NCBI GenBank assembly: GCA_032718475.1
Contig: JAUCBJ010003387.1
Span: 1 to 48,844 of the forward strand
DNA from: Nemertoderma westbladi
Taxonomy: Eukaryota; Animalia; Xenacoelomorpha
Direction: 5' to 3'
Length of the DNA: 48,844 nucleotides
In this document: positions 12,968 to 26,200 of the stretch, piece after piece
Numbering within the stretch: position 1 is the first letter of the stretch
Layout of the letters: every line of letters starts with the position of its first letter
Program-made: the position numbers and the translations under genes
The notes under the pieces: model-generated
Told to the model about the DNA's origin: nothing
What the model saw: only the letters and a program-made list of their open reading frames with translations
The model's database searches: none

Positions 12968-13564
12968 CTACGGTGTAGGTACCGTGTCTATTGATTCGCA
13001 AACTGATGGTGTAACCTCTGAGTTTTGCAAAACAATTCGCCAAGCCCACATTAAATCATCATCCCACAGTTCTGTGACATCCGGTCTCAGATGGACGGCC
13101 CTACAGAAACTAGAGACCGCCAGTTTGGGTCGACCTGCTCCAAGAAGCGACCTACCCAGCGTCTGATGGCCGGGCCACCACAAGGGATCCAAGACCACGG
13201 CCTCCCTAGCAGACTCAACTGCGGCCTCCCACTCCATCAGTTCCAGCAATACTTGGGCTTTCATTTCATGTAACACCGCGGATTTTGGTTGTAGAAGAGT
13301 TGCCTCAGTTAACCGTCGTATCGCCTCGACATAACGTCCCGCATCGGCTAACATTTCACCCTCCCCGCGCAATCGCTTTGCTCTGGTCACCGAATCTTCC
13401 CTCTGTCCCGATTTCAACGTTGCTTCTGACTTCGACTTACCGATATTTTCAACGTGATCTTGTTTGTTATTATCTTCGAAATCCTGACGATTTTTCTTAA
13501 GCAATGAATTGGATTGTCTCTTTATTTTAAATTTTATAAATTTGCTAGGCATTTCGGCATCCAT
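12968..13564 (-). CDS. TTC33: Tetratricopeptide repeat protein 33, 198 aa, single exon
   Basis: TPR region with EG..LA..GRY.EAI, LHEMKAQVL, QTLGR and ELW.DDL.WA, characteristic of TTC33. Confidence 0.85.
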   Translation of the reverse strand: MDAEMPSKFIKFKIKRQSNSLLKKNRQDFEDNNKQDHVENIGKSKSEATLKSGQREDSVTRAKRLRGEGEMLADAGRYVEAIRRLTEATLLQPKSAVLHEMKAQVLLELMEWEAAVESAREAVVLDPLWWPGHQTLGRSLLGAGRPKLAVSSFCRAVHLRPDVTELWDDDLMWAWRIVLQNSEVTPSVCESIDTVPTP

Positions 13565-14067
13565 TGATCATCAATCAAATGAGTTGAGACTTGAGAACAT
13601 TATCCTGCTTCGAAAATCATATTCCGTTTCTGTATCCTGTATTACAGTATTATACAGCTGTACAGTACAGCTGCAGTATAAAGTAGCCTATAACTACTGT
13701 AATACAATGTACAGTAATACCTGAATACTGTAATACATGTAGGCCTAATATCTGAATATCCAGGCCGAATTGCGAATTAAAGTAAACCCACACAGCCACA
13801 CCCCACGCCCACACCTGCCCACGCTACCTGCCTACAGTGCTACAGTCAGAAACCTGCTAGGGGCTGCTACTAAGCAGCAACCAATCACGTTAATCCTGTT
13901 TAACACAGAGTCAATGAGAATGGAATATTGCTAACATGAAAAAGTTCAGGTTGACATTATTCCAAAGTAATCAGATATTACAGCAATTAAGCTGCTACCT
14001 GCTAGTGTTAGTCAGTTAGTAATCGAGTAAGCCATATAATATTATATGGTCTGATGGTACAATACCA

Positions 14068-15253
14068 GGGTAAATCTTTTCGACCTACGCGTAGGCCTAC
14101 GCGTAGCTACGCGTAGCTACGCGTAGCTACGCGTAGTTTGTAACTTCCATTCCTGTCATTTACCGGTAGGGCCAGACTTACTGCCTTTTTAACAACTACG
14201 CGTAGGTGTTTTAAAACTACGCGTAGTTATTTTGGAACTACGCGTAGGTATTTTGAAACTACGCGTAGGTGCTACGCGTAGCTACGCGTAGGTGCTACGC
14301 GTAGCAGTCCTGATAACAATGATTTTTCATTTCAGGTCCGGTAGGGTTGAGTTGTTAGGCAAGTATCGGTATATGTCAGGTATCTGATTATCAGACAAAT
14401 GTAATAACAGAATCGGAAACTCATATCTCTACATACAGCACTGGTAATAAATAATATTCGGCTCTTTCATATACAAACACAGAGGATGAATAAAAAGTAA
14501 ACTTAAAATTCACGTCTCATGATTCAAGTATCTTTGTTTCCATTGGATTATTTAAATATTGAATAGTAGTAAATAAAGCGACCAGTCTACCGGTGAAGAG
14601 GTTAAGCGAAAGCTGATAAATACTGCATATAATCAAATTGTTTGGTCAAATGACAAGTGCAACCAATCATGGTAGACAATTTAGTCTCCCCCTTCCCTTG
14701 TCAAGGGGTTAACATATTAAATACAGTATATCCTTGCCCTATCGTGAACAAAGGCAATAAAAAGCATAGAGAATCGATAAGAACCATCGGCCTATTTCCT
14801 TTGGAAACTATTTTTGAACTCTAAACATTAATTATTAACACATTTTACCGCCCGCAACGCATGAAGTGAAGAATATGTAGTTTTCGCGTATTCCTCTATA
14901 TAGAGTATACAGGTATAGGATACATTACTGTTGAAAGCATTTGATGGTTGTGGGTTGTTTATTGAACATACCGTATTGTGTCTTATTTTAGTACTGACTC
15001 GCTTGGAATACGTAAGCCTACTAATGATAAACGACGTATAGGCATAGTTATGGGTAGCACCTATGCGTAGGTCGCGTAGGACCTACGCGTAGCTACGCGT
15101 AGCTACGCGTAGCACCTACGCGTAGCTACGCGTAGCACCTACGCGTAGTTATTGTTAAAACTCTGAAACTGGTGATATATGACCCAATGTTGCGAACTAC
15201 GCGTAGCTACGCGTAGCTACGCGTAGCTACGCGTAGGCCGAAAAGATTTACCC
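14068..15253. mobile_element. Non-autonomous DNA transposon with palindromic CTACGCGTAG subterminal arrays (Merlin- or hAT-like)
   Basis: 15-bp TIR GGGTAAATCTTTTCG / CGAAAAGATTTACCC and an 8-bp TSD CAATACCA (14060-14067, 15254-15261). About 12 left and 10 right perfect copies of the 10-mer. Confidence 0.85.
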
Positions 15254-15736
15254 CAATACCAGGCATAATATATGCACAGATGCAAGAAAAAAAACGTATG
15301 TACCGGTACTGTAGTTTAAGTGGATTAGTTTAATTACAATGATGTAAACTGTAAATGAAATATTTATAGTTAAGTCCGGTTTAGTAATAAACATACACTG
15401 TACTTATACAATATCTCATTGAAGTACTTGCCACGTAGTAATATCAGTAGCAAAATGCAGGTCTCACATATCAGTTCATCACCCCGAATCTCGTGTTGCG
15501 TTTTATTCACAAAACTTTTATGATACCAACCACTTCGTGCAAACGGGGTGTAAATGCTACGCCGTAACGCCGACAGCCAACGCCGACAACCATTACTGCA
15601 TTATTAAAGCTAATTAATGTTATTTATTAATTGACAGATTGAGGGAAAGGAACAGACAGTGGAAGGTTAGTCTAACCAAAACAATAAACGAGAGTTACGA
15701 ACTCAGGTTACATTTTCATATTTGAAATATGAAATC

Positions 15737-15930
15737 CTACCAGTACCGTATTTAAATGGTAGGCTACACAGTAGGCCTACAGCAGTACCGGTGCCGGTAG
15801 CGGTACTAAAATACAGAAATGCCTGCTTTATACAGTTATCTACATCTGTATACATACAATGCAGCAAAATACTGCTCTATATACTAATACCGGTAATGAT
15901 AGCCTAAGACTGTAAGAGAACAGCAGTAGT
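15737..15930 (+). repeat. Dispersed repeat block associated with the 59-bp minisatellite
   Basis: Near-identical to about 31119-31310, with weaker copies at about 16905-16990 and 18150-18200. Confidence 0.7.
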
Positions 15931-17576
15931 CGATTTATAGAATTATTATTAATAACATTATAATAAATTAATAACCTAATTACCTAATTCTATTGGCGAA
16001 TATATCTTTTGAGTTATTTGCAGCTACTGTAGTAGTTTGTTCCGACCTCCTCTGTGGGTGGATCTGGCCTACTTTCTTTTTTTCTATTTATGATTATTTT
16101 TGTATTAACTACCTTATTCTATTACTGGATGGAATATTATCTTGGATATCCTTGGCGATTTTTGTGCATTTGTTAGATTTAATCTTTTGCTCCACATGAT
16201 ACATTCAGACATTTCTTATGGTGGGGTTTTTAAATTAAATTTTTTGAACAATTTGATTTTTCTGCTTCTGCTGGTGGTACTGTAACGGCCAAACGTCTGA
16301 AGCAGGCCGAAAACGTTCACGTACTACTAAACTTACCGCCAACCTAAGACCCTCATACTGTAAACTGTTTATTTAGTCTAGTTTAATTTAATCCTATATT
16401 AATTATACACGAAATATATAGTTTAAACAGTTTTTGTTCCCACCTTTATCTAAACGATCATTTAGCAATTGAGGGAAATGGAGCACTTGACGGCGGCATC
16501 TTTTTATGTATATTTGTATACTTTATATCCTTTATTGGGACAACCATCCGGACTTTTTGACTAAAAACGGCCCGATATTTTCGCTATCTGTGACTATCAA
16601 ATGGGGAATGATTTTGTTTTGAGTTTGTGGACTGATCTGTTCTGTGATGCGGCTATCCGTAATATACAGTAGTACACAGACAGTAGATCCATTATAAACT
16701 GATAAATGTGAAATGTATAGGGCCTATTGCCTACCCAGTTTGGCCTATAAATTACAGTATTTGAAATATATACATTAACGTATGGTAACTATTTAAAAGA
16801 GGCTACAGTATCGGTACTTTCTGTAAACTAAAGTTCTGAAGTTAGTTAATTACTGTAAATTACTGTACCATCATTCTGACATTTACAATAGTACATATCA
16901 CAGAATCAGTACCTAAAATGTAGAAATGCTTTCTAAAATACAGCAATACTGCAAAATACTGCTCTATTATACAGATATACTGATACCGGAACTCATGGGC
17001 GTATCCAGAGAGGGGGGGGGGGGGGGGCAAAGCGGGCAAGTGCCCCATCCCAAGATCGTTGGGGTGGGGCATGCCCCCCCCCCCCCCCCCACAAAGTGTG
17101 GCAAACACCTTAGGATGTGCTGATGCACCTACATTTTCAGTTTACCTGAGCTTACAGTATAGTTCCCTTGTATAATTTTGAGTACATCATATCCCGGAAT
17201 TATAATTTCGTAATTTAGGTAGGCCAGACATGCCTCACCACCCCCATCCCATTTATCGAAAAAAATAGTGAGTACATGAAATGTGAATGAAAGAGTTGAC
17301 CTCGGGTCTGACTTCCTAAGCCAAATTTGTTATTTTTGTTTTCAATAAAAGCATTAAAAATGTGTCTCCATTTCAGCAATTACTGTACTACTACTGTACT
17401 TGTCAGCTTGTAGTTCCAGCAAGGTGGTATTGTGTCAAAGCTCGACGTTTGTCATGTGTTGTATCCAACTGATGTTTAATGCTGATGCCCTTAGTAATCT
17501 TGTGTAACTAAAACGAATCTGTTTATAAATAAAGGTAATGTTCCAAAATAATATGTTGTTTATTAAATAGAAATAA

Positions 17577-17813
17577 GTCGGGGTAGCTGAGTTGGTTGAG
17601 CGCCGGACCTGCAATCTAATGGTTGTAGGTTCGAGCTCGGGCAGTGTCCACTCAGCACTTCATCCCATGGGGTCAATAAAATGGGGACCAGTTGAATTAG
17701 TGGGAGCAAAACTAGGGATATATGAGTAGCGCCCACCCCTACTTCGAGGGAGCACCTATAGAGGAATCTTCGGGTCGCCTCAGGCTTCGGCCCCGTTTAA
17801 TTTGCTTGCTTCC
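17577..17813 (+). mobile_element. tRNA-derived SINE with a conserved central domain
   Basis: A box TAGCTGAGTTGG, GCA anticodon-like loop and B box GGTTCGAGC, followed by CACTCAGCACTTCATCCCATGGGGTCAATAAAATGGGGACCAG (resembles the Meta/MESC SINE core, from memory). It has a (TTGC)n tail and TSD AAATAGAAA(T/G)AA. Confidence 0.75.
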
Positions 17814-18730
17814 AAATAGAAAGAAAACTTTCTCTCAGCTATTCCTTAACAAAATTCATATTTTCACACATATTTTGAATCCCTACCACACTACCTTTTC
17901 CTTTCCAAATATACCAACGGCAACAAACCACTGTCTGACTGTAGGTTTGACTACACTGCTGCACTGTTAAGGTGGCAAAAATACAAATGATGCATCACCC
18001 AGAAGTAAGGTTATCTCTATCAAATTTCTTGCATTCTCATTTATAAACATTCTCAAGTGTAATTTTTCGAAAATTTGGAGGGGGGTGGGGGGGGGGTCGC
18101 GTGCCCTGATTATGACACAAGGCAAACATATAAGGCAAAAAAAATAGCATAAGAGACCAGCAGTAGAGATACCGGTCAGCCGGTAGCATGGAACCTATTA
18201 AGTATTAATCGTAAATTTCCGGCTGACATAAAAAGTCAAAATCGGAGGACACATGAGTGATTTCAACGGACAAGAAAAATATGAGTGATTTCATCGGACA
18301 AGAAAAATTATTGTGTTAAAAATTGGCAGTGATTTTTTATGTCCTTTTATTTGACTTTTTTTGTCCTCCTTTTTTTACGAATTGTGCATAATGACTTTTG
18401 TTGTCCTTTTAATGACTTTTATTGTCCTTTTAATGACTTTTTATGTATGTATTTCTTCAAACTGTCAGACTGCTGATTTCTGGACTGTCATACAGTTGAA
18501 TTCAACATGCCTATGCCAAAACATTCAAAATTTGTTGATTTCTGGTCTGTCGGACAGTTGGTTTCACTATGCCTGTGCCAAAACATTCCATGATTCCATG
18601 ATTTATAGACTATGAGATAGAATTCCATATGCGCCTGTGGTAAAAGACTCTACATTTAATAGTTTGTGGTTGTTGTCGATAATCGATTACCACATGACGT
18701 AGCAAAACACTCATTTTATAGCCAAAAACA

Positions 18731-18999
18731 ATTACCAATTGATGGAAAGGAACAGGTTAAGGCCGGATTTTCTAACCAAAACAATAAACAGTCACTTTAC
18801 CAAATCAGGGAAAGGAGCAGAATACAGAGGCGGGATTTTCTAACCAAAAAAATAAACGATCATTTAACCAATTGAGGGAAAGGAGCAGGTTACAGAGACG
18901 GGATTTTCTAACCAAAACAATAAACGAACATTATCAATTGAGAGAAAGGAGCAGGTTACAGATGCGGGATTTTCTAACCAAAACAATAAACAGTCACTT
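18731..18999 (+). repeat. About 59-bp minisatellite, left part (split by the LTR element)
   Basis: Units ...GAAAGGAGCAGGTTACAGAGGCGGGATTTTCTAACCAAAACAATAAAC..., about 4.5 copies. Confidence 0.9.
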
Positions 19000-20257
19000 T
19001 GTTCGCGCTTTTAAGACCTTTGGCAGTTTAACCCGCCGAATCTATATGTCTTCTAGGTTATAAATCTACTCCAGCCTATGACAAGTATTGAACACCTATA
19101 ATAATTCTAACATTAGCCAAAGCCAGTCTGTGCGCGACCATTCACCCGCTGGATATACCCGGGAGACTGGATTTGGATGCTTTAATTTGATTGCGGTGCA
19201 GGCCTACCGTACTATTCGATTGATCGTTAATATATAATCTCTGATAAATATTATTCACTTTCGGGAAATATTAGCAGTTCCTTTAGGACGTGGCGCTCTA
19301 TCTATTTAAACAGAGCTATGACTTACACTATACACAACGGTATGTCTTATAGATCACCAAAGTGCATTCTTTAGGAAATGCTTTGTTACTCGGTCAAGCA
19401 CACACAGACTATTGCACACAACTGCACACTGAATTGCCGACATTCACTGATTTTAATCATATATAAAGAGAATAAGAACCGACATTTGTAGGGCCTATTA
19501 AGTAGCATTGAACTCACTACAAACCACGATAATGTATGTCGCAAATTGTTATATGTAACCGGTCTCTCTAACCTTAGTGTATCAAGAAGATTGGGTTTTC
19601 AGATCGTTATCAATATTCTTCCCAATAATAATATGTAAACGAATGATACAATTAACAACACAGTAAATAGCAGTAAATAATGCGGCGAAAAGCAGTTTAC
19701 GTCAGGGTGCTTAATCAGATGCCGAGGTGCAAAACCGTGGTGCTGTATCAAAACCGAGACCGAGGTGCAAAACCGAGATAACCGTTTGATGATCTTATAA
19801 TTAAAGACGCTCTAATGTCAGAAAACATTCCCCGGCCGGTGTTCTAGGCGTGGGGGAAACGTCAGTACTGAATCCTGTAATTCTGCTGTACAGTTTTTAC
19901 ACAAAGGGGGAAACTCTGATTGGTCGAATGGCAAAAAGCTCCACGTGGATACAGCTGATAGATGTCGTCATTTTGAGCTGAGCAGAACAAAGAACCAAGG
20001 CAAGGCTCCGGGCAAGCTACACGTGTAAAGCTCAGCCGTTAGCTGTCGTCATAGTAACGACACTGTTTCAAGAGGATCTAGGGCGTTGCGTCATAGAATT
20101 GCTAATTATGTCCTCTAAAGTACACATACAGAAGAAATAGCTTTTATGTCCCCTAAAAACACTGGTACAGCAATGACACGGCCTTTTATGCCTGCTAAAC
20201 CAACTACCGAGTACTTTACGGGGAAAATAACCGGGCAATTCCGCAAAAGCTTTTACA
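19000..20257 (-). repeat. 3' LTR (1258 bp)
   Basis: Direct repeat of 29497-30760. By eye there are about 5 substitutions plus 2-bp and 4-bp indels. Confidence 0.95.
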
Positions 20258-20265
20258 CCGCTCCC
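20258..20265 (-). promoter_or_regulatory. Polypurine tract (plus-strand primer) candidate
   Basis: The minus strand reads GGGAGCGG immediately before the TGT of the 3' LTR. Confidence 0.65.
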
Positions 20266-22429
20266 AGAAAATGGGATTTTAGTCTATAAAATATAAAAAA
20301 TCACAGTTTCTAAAATATAAAGATACTCTAAACAGTTAGTTTTTCTTGCGCGGACGGCATTTACGCAGTTTCTTGAGACTAGCAAGAGTCCTTTTCTCTT
20401 TGGGGCGAGCCACTTTACTAGGAGGGCTATAACTCCTGGGTGAAGGGTGCAATACAATTGCATCAGAAGGTTTAGGGTTACGGTCAGTGTCTCGTCCATT
20501 TCGATCTGCTTCTCCTCGAGCTGATTTTCCTCCGCTTGTCGTTGGACACGCTCGCCCAAAACTCTCGCAGAGAATAGGGTTGTCTAAACTCGATATCTTC
20601 TTAGAGATTCAAGATTTCCCAATCAAACTGAGATAAGCCAATTCGTTTACCGCTTGGACTTGCTGTTATAACTTACATTTATCTGAACAAACGCAGGTTT
20701 CCTTTCTGATCTTTGTAGAATAGCGTTTAACTCGTTTCGTACAACGCTCTCCTTCACCTTGATGAAGGGTTGTATCGCGTTAAACTGGGACGACCATACG
20801 GTTGAATGGTGATATTAGGTGTCCGCGTCCCAATACGGCTAGGTAAGATGGGCGGCTAGCTAGAGCTCGCTGGCGGAGTGTTACCGATTAATTGTTAGGG
20901 TAGCACTAGATCTTTGAACAGTGAATACAGCTCGTGAGGATCCGGGATACCATCAGAATCGAAAGACTGAGGTCTAATCAAGGAACGAGGTGGTCTGACC
21001 GAGTATTCCGGAACTATGATCGTAGGTTTACTCAAGGATCGTCTGAGTCGAGCGAGCGTAGGTGATATGTCGAACAAGTTTCGGTTTCCGTGGATGTTTA
21101 TGTCTTTCCGTTTATTAGTTGGGTCTAGGGCATTTATCGTAATAATACCAAAGACGCACGTCTGGTAGGGGAAACGCGGATGATATTTATTTGTTGTTAC
21201 AATGCTTCTATCAAGAATTCCAAATATACGTTAGAGTTACCGCGTCCATTTGTCTCTCTAATGTCTTTTCTTTCGAGTCGATTTCGAATAGAATTTTCGC
21301 ATTTGAATTTCAGTTTATCGTTCCGACTCCGCTGGGTAGGATATATGTTCGACATAGTCCGTATCGTGTGAATCGATAGAATGGCCAATGGTTAAGAAGT
21401 CCATATACGTACTATTACGATGCGTGTAGCGAGCGGTGAATTTTCCATAGTCCAATTCACTTCGAGGAAATCGTCGGTTCGATATAACGACCATCGTCCT
21501 CCGTAGTAGTTGGACTAGCGTCGCCGCGTATCAAACTATCAACAAACACTTGTAAAGGTAGAGTATATCGCTCCCCGATACCAAGACCATCTTCTATCAA
21601 CTCCGTTATATCTGCTATATATGAGTTTATTAATATTATAATGAGCTTATAATTAGGCTAGCGAGCGTCGCTCCCTACCCCAATCAGCCCCCGGACAGTG
21701 TACGATCCTCAGCGCAAATGTATCGTCGTCGCTGTGTTTTCCGCCAACGTGTAGCTACACAACGACAACGACACTAGCACGAGTCACTCCACTGTCCGTC
21801 CCAAAGGCTTAGATACACTTCAGGTTCTTACTGGAGAGTTAGGGTTACTTTCACAATTGCGACTCGCTACTGTAAACACACCTTAGTAGTAACATTCGCC
21901 TATAAACTCACAAATTCCACACACACAACTGTCACAAATTACACATACTCAGGCCATTTGTCCGTTAGTCAGTGCCTTCCAGAATGCCACGTTATTATTA
22001 TGTATCCTTGGATACTAGCAGTGCGCTATTTATTTCTTACAATGCAATGGGGCAAGCTTTCTATTGTTCTTTTTAACTTGCTTCTATTTCTAGCGTGGGT
22101 GTTACTATGGTGACATTATGGAAAGCTAGCGGTAGAATTAGGGTAATTCCAATGCATACAGATCTGGGATGCTATTTAATAGTAATTCTTTAATGGTCCA
22201 ATATCTCGTTTATACATGATTTTATAAATTTTATCGGCTATTGACTCATACATGGGAGATTCTCACACTCTAACACACTTAATAGGATGAAGCTCCGCTC
22301 CCGTGATCTATTAATTAATGGGATTTTGGGAATGTTATAAATTGCACAGAATGGCAATTTATCAAATTCATTAAAATATGAAATTAAATTTATTCCCTGA
22401 AATTTTATTATTTGATAGTACAATTGACA

Positions 22430-22712
22430 CAATTTTATTCCAGAGCAGGTCTGGGGACATAGGATCCTTAATTCTATGAAAATTGTCTTTTAAGAGTATC
22501 GGTAAGTGCTACGATATCTTAATCGACTAGAATTGTTAAAGGATCTGAATTTTACAGATTTTGATTTATAGATTTATAAATATTAAATAATTAATATTTG
22601 AGATGGGCACCAATTTATTCCAGAACTTGTCTGGGGACGTTAACCACTGATTCTAGAATTTGTCTTTCAAGTATATCGGTGGGTGCCGCGATATCTTAAT
22701 CGACTAGAATTA
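22430..22712. repeat. Two degenerate direct repeats, about 180-bp period, in the element's 3' non-coding region
   Basis: TTATTCCAGA..GTCTGGGGAC ... GATATCTTAATCGACTAGAATT occurs twice. Confidence 0.7.
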
Positions 22713-23258
22713 CAGATGGTCAAAAGGTTTAACAGATTTATTTGCGTTTCACGCTACTGTTAGAGGGACATCACGCTACTATATGTATTATTATATATGG
22801 TATGAGAGCAATATCGCACGAAGCAATGTCAGTGTGAAGAGGCAAGTCGTTTCCAAGGTCTACCCAGAGCTTGGTTTAGCCGAGACACGAGGATCTGAAC
22901 TTTGCATTCCTAATACTCTGCCTACCAAAAATACTTGAATGTAGTAGTGGCTTTATTGTACTTTAATAAGTACGGACATTTCATCTTACTGTAGTCACGT
23001 ATTTATAATAGGATACAGACAGTAAGGAAAGAGAAAAATAATTATTTCTCGCCGTCGCACTAAATATATATTATAAGTAATTACGTACGTAATAAACACT
23101 AATATATTGCACTAATCTACTAAATAATCACTAAAATAACATTCTACTAAATAAAATTAAAGAAAACGATTATAATAAAATTACATAATAATACATACAT
23201 AAATATAAAATAAAAACAAATATAAAATGATATAGTCACACGCCCACTCCATATGTTA

Positions 23259-26200
23259 TTACGTTATGGAGTCCCTAGATATTTGTCGGATTAGGGAAGT
23301 GGTCGTAGGAAGAGTATCTTGCCTTCCATAGTTTCCGGACAGTTTTCGGTCTCTTTCCAGTAAACATAAACGACCAGCTGGGCGATTGAGTTGTTGTGTT
23401 ACTTTCTCCGCTCCCTTGGCCTGTCTAATCTCCGCCGTGGTAAGATGAGGAGGCCATTCTTCTTCTTCTTTACTTAAGAAGTCGGATCCACCTAACCAGC
23501 CTGGAGTATCTATCAGTTCTTGAGGAGTTGCTCCTCTGGAAGCGATGTCGGCTGGATTAATCGTCCCAAGGCAATGTCTCCATTGATCTACATTGGAGTT
23601 AATATCGTCATTATCTGAGGAGTATGGTGTTCCTTCAGTTAGTTCGTCCACCTCACTGCTCTCCACTTCCCATTCCTTTACTTGGTATACCTGTTGTTGA
23701 GGTAATCTCTCTTTGAGAGTTCTACGGGAAGGGCCAGTGAAGTACCAACCTACTCTAGTTCTTACCGCATAGGTTTGTAGTGGCTGTGGTTGAGCAGGCC
23801 GTTTCTCCAATGTCTCTAGCGCCTCATGCGCGTTTTGGCCGATGAGTATTTGCACTCCAGGATAATCTGTGTGGAATCGAGGTATCTTAAACTGCTGGAT
23901 GCTCTCGTCCTCGTCCCAGTTATAAGGTTCTACTTGGGTAGTAGCGAAGTTCTTTATAGCCACCATTTTTACTGACCTTATACTTTGTTCTCCTAATTTA
24001 TCCTGGGGGGTGGACAACGCACCTACATAGTAATCTGCCTTTATGGTAGATTTCCAAACCTGCCTAATTCCTGACATATTCAACTTAGTTCGGAATTTAG
24101 GTTGTCCAGTAAAGATGTCTTCGGCTAGTTCTTGATCGATGAATGTTCCTGTGCTGCCGGAGTCAAGGAGGGCGTTCACTATGTAACTTTTGTTAGGACC
24201 GTGAACTCTTACCTGCACTACAGGAAATTCTCTGATTCCTACATTGGAAGTTGGAGGTTTCCAAGATGGTTGTCTGTCAAAGGTAGTTGGGGGGAACTCA
24301 TTGTCGGTGTCCTTTTCATACGTAAGTGCTCGATACACTGCGGTATTTATTAGGTAACAGGATTCGTTGGCGTCGGAGAATTCGTCCGTATAGAATCCTT
24401 CCATCTCAGATTCTTGATCAGTGTCATTTACATCACTGAATTGGACATGTAGTTCGGGCTCACTTACCTGACTCGGGTTGTTTCGTTCGAATTCACTGTG
24501 TAACAAGATGTGATGTTTCGCACCGCACTTTGCACACTTTACGTCGGAGTAACAGGTTCGCCGTTGGTGTCCTTGTCTGAGGCAATTATAGCATAACCGC
24601 TTATCCCACATGACTTCACGTCTGTCTACCAGGGATTTCTTTAGGAATTCAGCACACACACTCAAACGGTGGGGCCCGTCGCACAGCGCACATTTTGGTT
24701 TGATGTTACTCACTTTACCTTGGGTAACGTTATGCACTCTCGTTCTTTCTTCGGGCTTTCTTCCGTGAATTATCTTAGGAGACGTAGGAGGAGTTGTTGT
24801 TACCTGTTCTCTCCTGTCACTGGTTCGAGACTTATATTTACTTACGTCTTTATAGGTCTTGTTGTCATAGTAAGATTTTGCTGTGTCTTTCCCGCTGTCC
24901 TCTTCTTGAGAAGCTTGGCTTTCGCCGTCGTCAGTAAAACACACTGGTGTTACCCTTCTCCTAGAAATGGGTTTCTCACTTACCTTATTTTCCGATGTTT
25001 TCTCTCTGGACTGCTTTATGAGTTGTAATTTTACTTCACTATCTAAGAAGGACATGAGATCAGCCATGGTAGGGCCTCGTCGTTGCTGCTCATTCATATA
25101 CAACACTTTCTTGTCCCAGCGTGTACATACTCCACCCTTTGGTAAAGTAGAGACTACGGCTCCAATAACCATGGAACTCTGATATTCCTGAGACTTACCT
25201 AACCAATCCAATTGTCTACAGATCTCCTGAATCTCATCGGAAAACTCTATAATCCCGCTACTAAGGAACTTTCGGGGGGCTACTAATTTTGCTTACAAAT
25301 ACTTAGCTATGTTATCCTTGTTACCATACCTGATGTTTAATGTATCCCAAACTTGTCTTAATCCATCTGGGTGTCCAATAAACTTTAACGCCATTAACTT
25401 GGGAGGTCCTTCCAAGCACTTGATGAGGAATCTAAGTTTCTCTCCGTTAGATAGTACAGAGTTCTGTATGCTATCTTTGTAATATTCATTAAAAGATAAC
25501 CATTTCATCTCATCTCCATTGAATTTGACGATTTCTCCCACTTTGACCGCTTGGCGGGCTTCTGTTCTAGCCATCTGACGCGTAAAGCTTTCTTGGGCCA
25601 TCGTGTTATTTAATATCGAATTATCGGTATATAAATTTCCCGGATTATTATCAGGTCTATAGGGAATATCATCAACAACAGGTTTATAATCACCCTTAAT
25701 AGGGTTTGCTATAGGAGTTTCTACTTCACTAGCAGTATAGATGCGTGTAGGCTCCACACCTTGCGCATGTAATACTTCAGACCTAACAGGTTGACACAAT
25801 GTTACAGGGGGTATTGGTATACCCTTTTGTATATTGACTAATTTGTCGCGTTCTAGTGCGATACTTTGCTGCACTTCTTGCAATTCTAACATACTTTCCC
25901 TTACTGTTCCCTTGAGTTGGTGGACAGTCTCCTGCATCTGTCCGAGCAGGAGATTCATTCCCCGCCGTCCCTCCTCTACCCACTCGACCGCCGAAGCGGG
26001 AGTCGCCAACATTGTAGCGGGCAGACACGGGACGACGGGAGACAAATCTTTGATTTCTCTCTCGGCATCCAGGACAGGGATATTCTCATGGACTGTTCTA
26101 CCGGGTACAGGCAGTGTAGTACTGTGTAAAGGGAATTTAGAGTTAAGCTCTGGAAGTACAGGGGTCTCTAGCACAGGAGTGGCTTTGAGAACGACAGGCC

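Noticed and set aside
16994-17090. G/C homopolymer blocks (also about 3618-3657, 35870-35902, 38292-38318) as functional G4 elements
   Set aside because: They look like fragments of common G-rich repeat ends, have no paired termini, and homopolymer lengths are unreliable.
17577-17650. Functional tRNA-Cys gene
   Set aside because: Acceptor, anticodon and T stems pair poorly; the sequence continues into a SINE body with tail and TSD.
25212-25295. Programmed gag-pol frameshift between the two large ORFs
   Set aside because: Both ORFs are in the same frame, separated only by one TAA.
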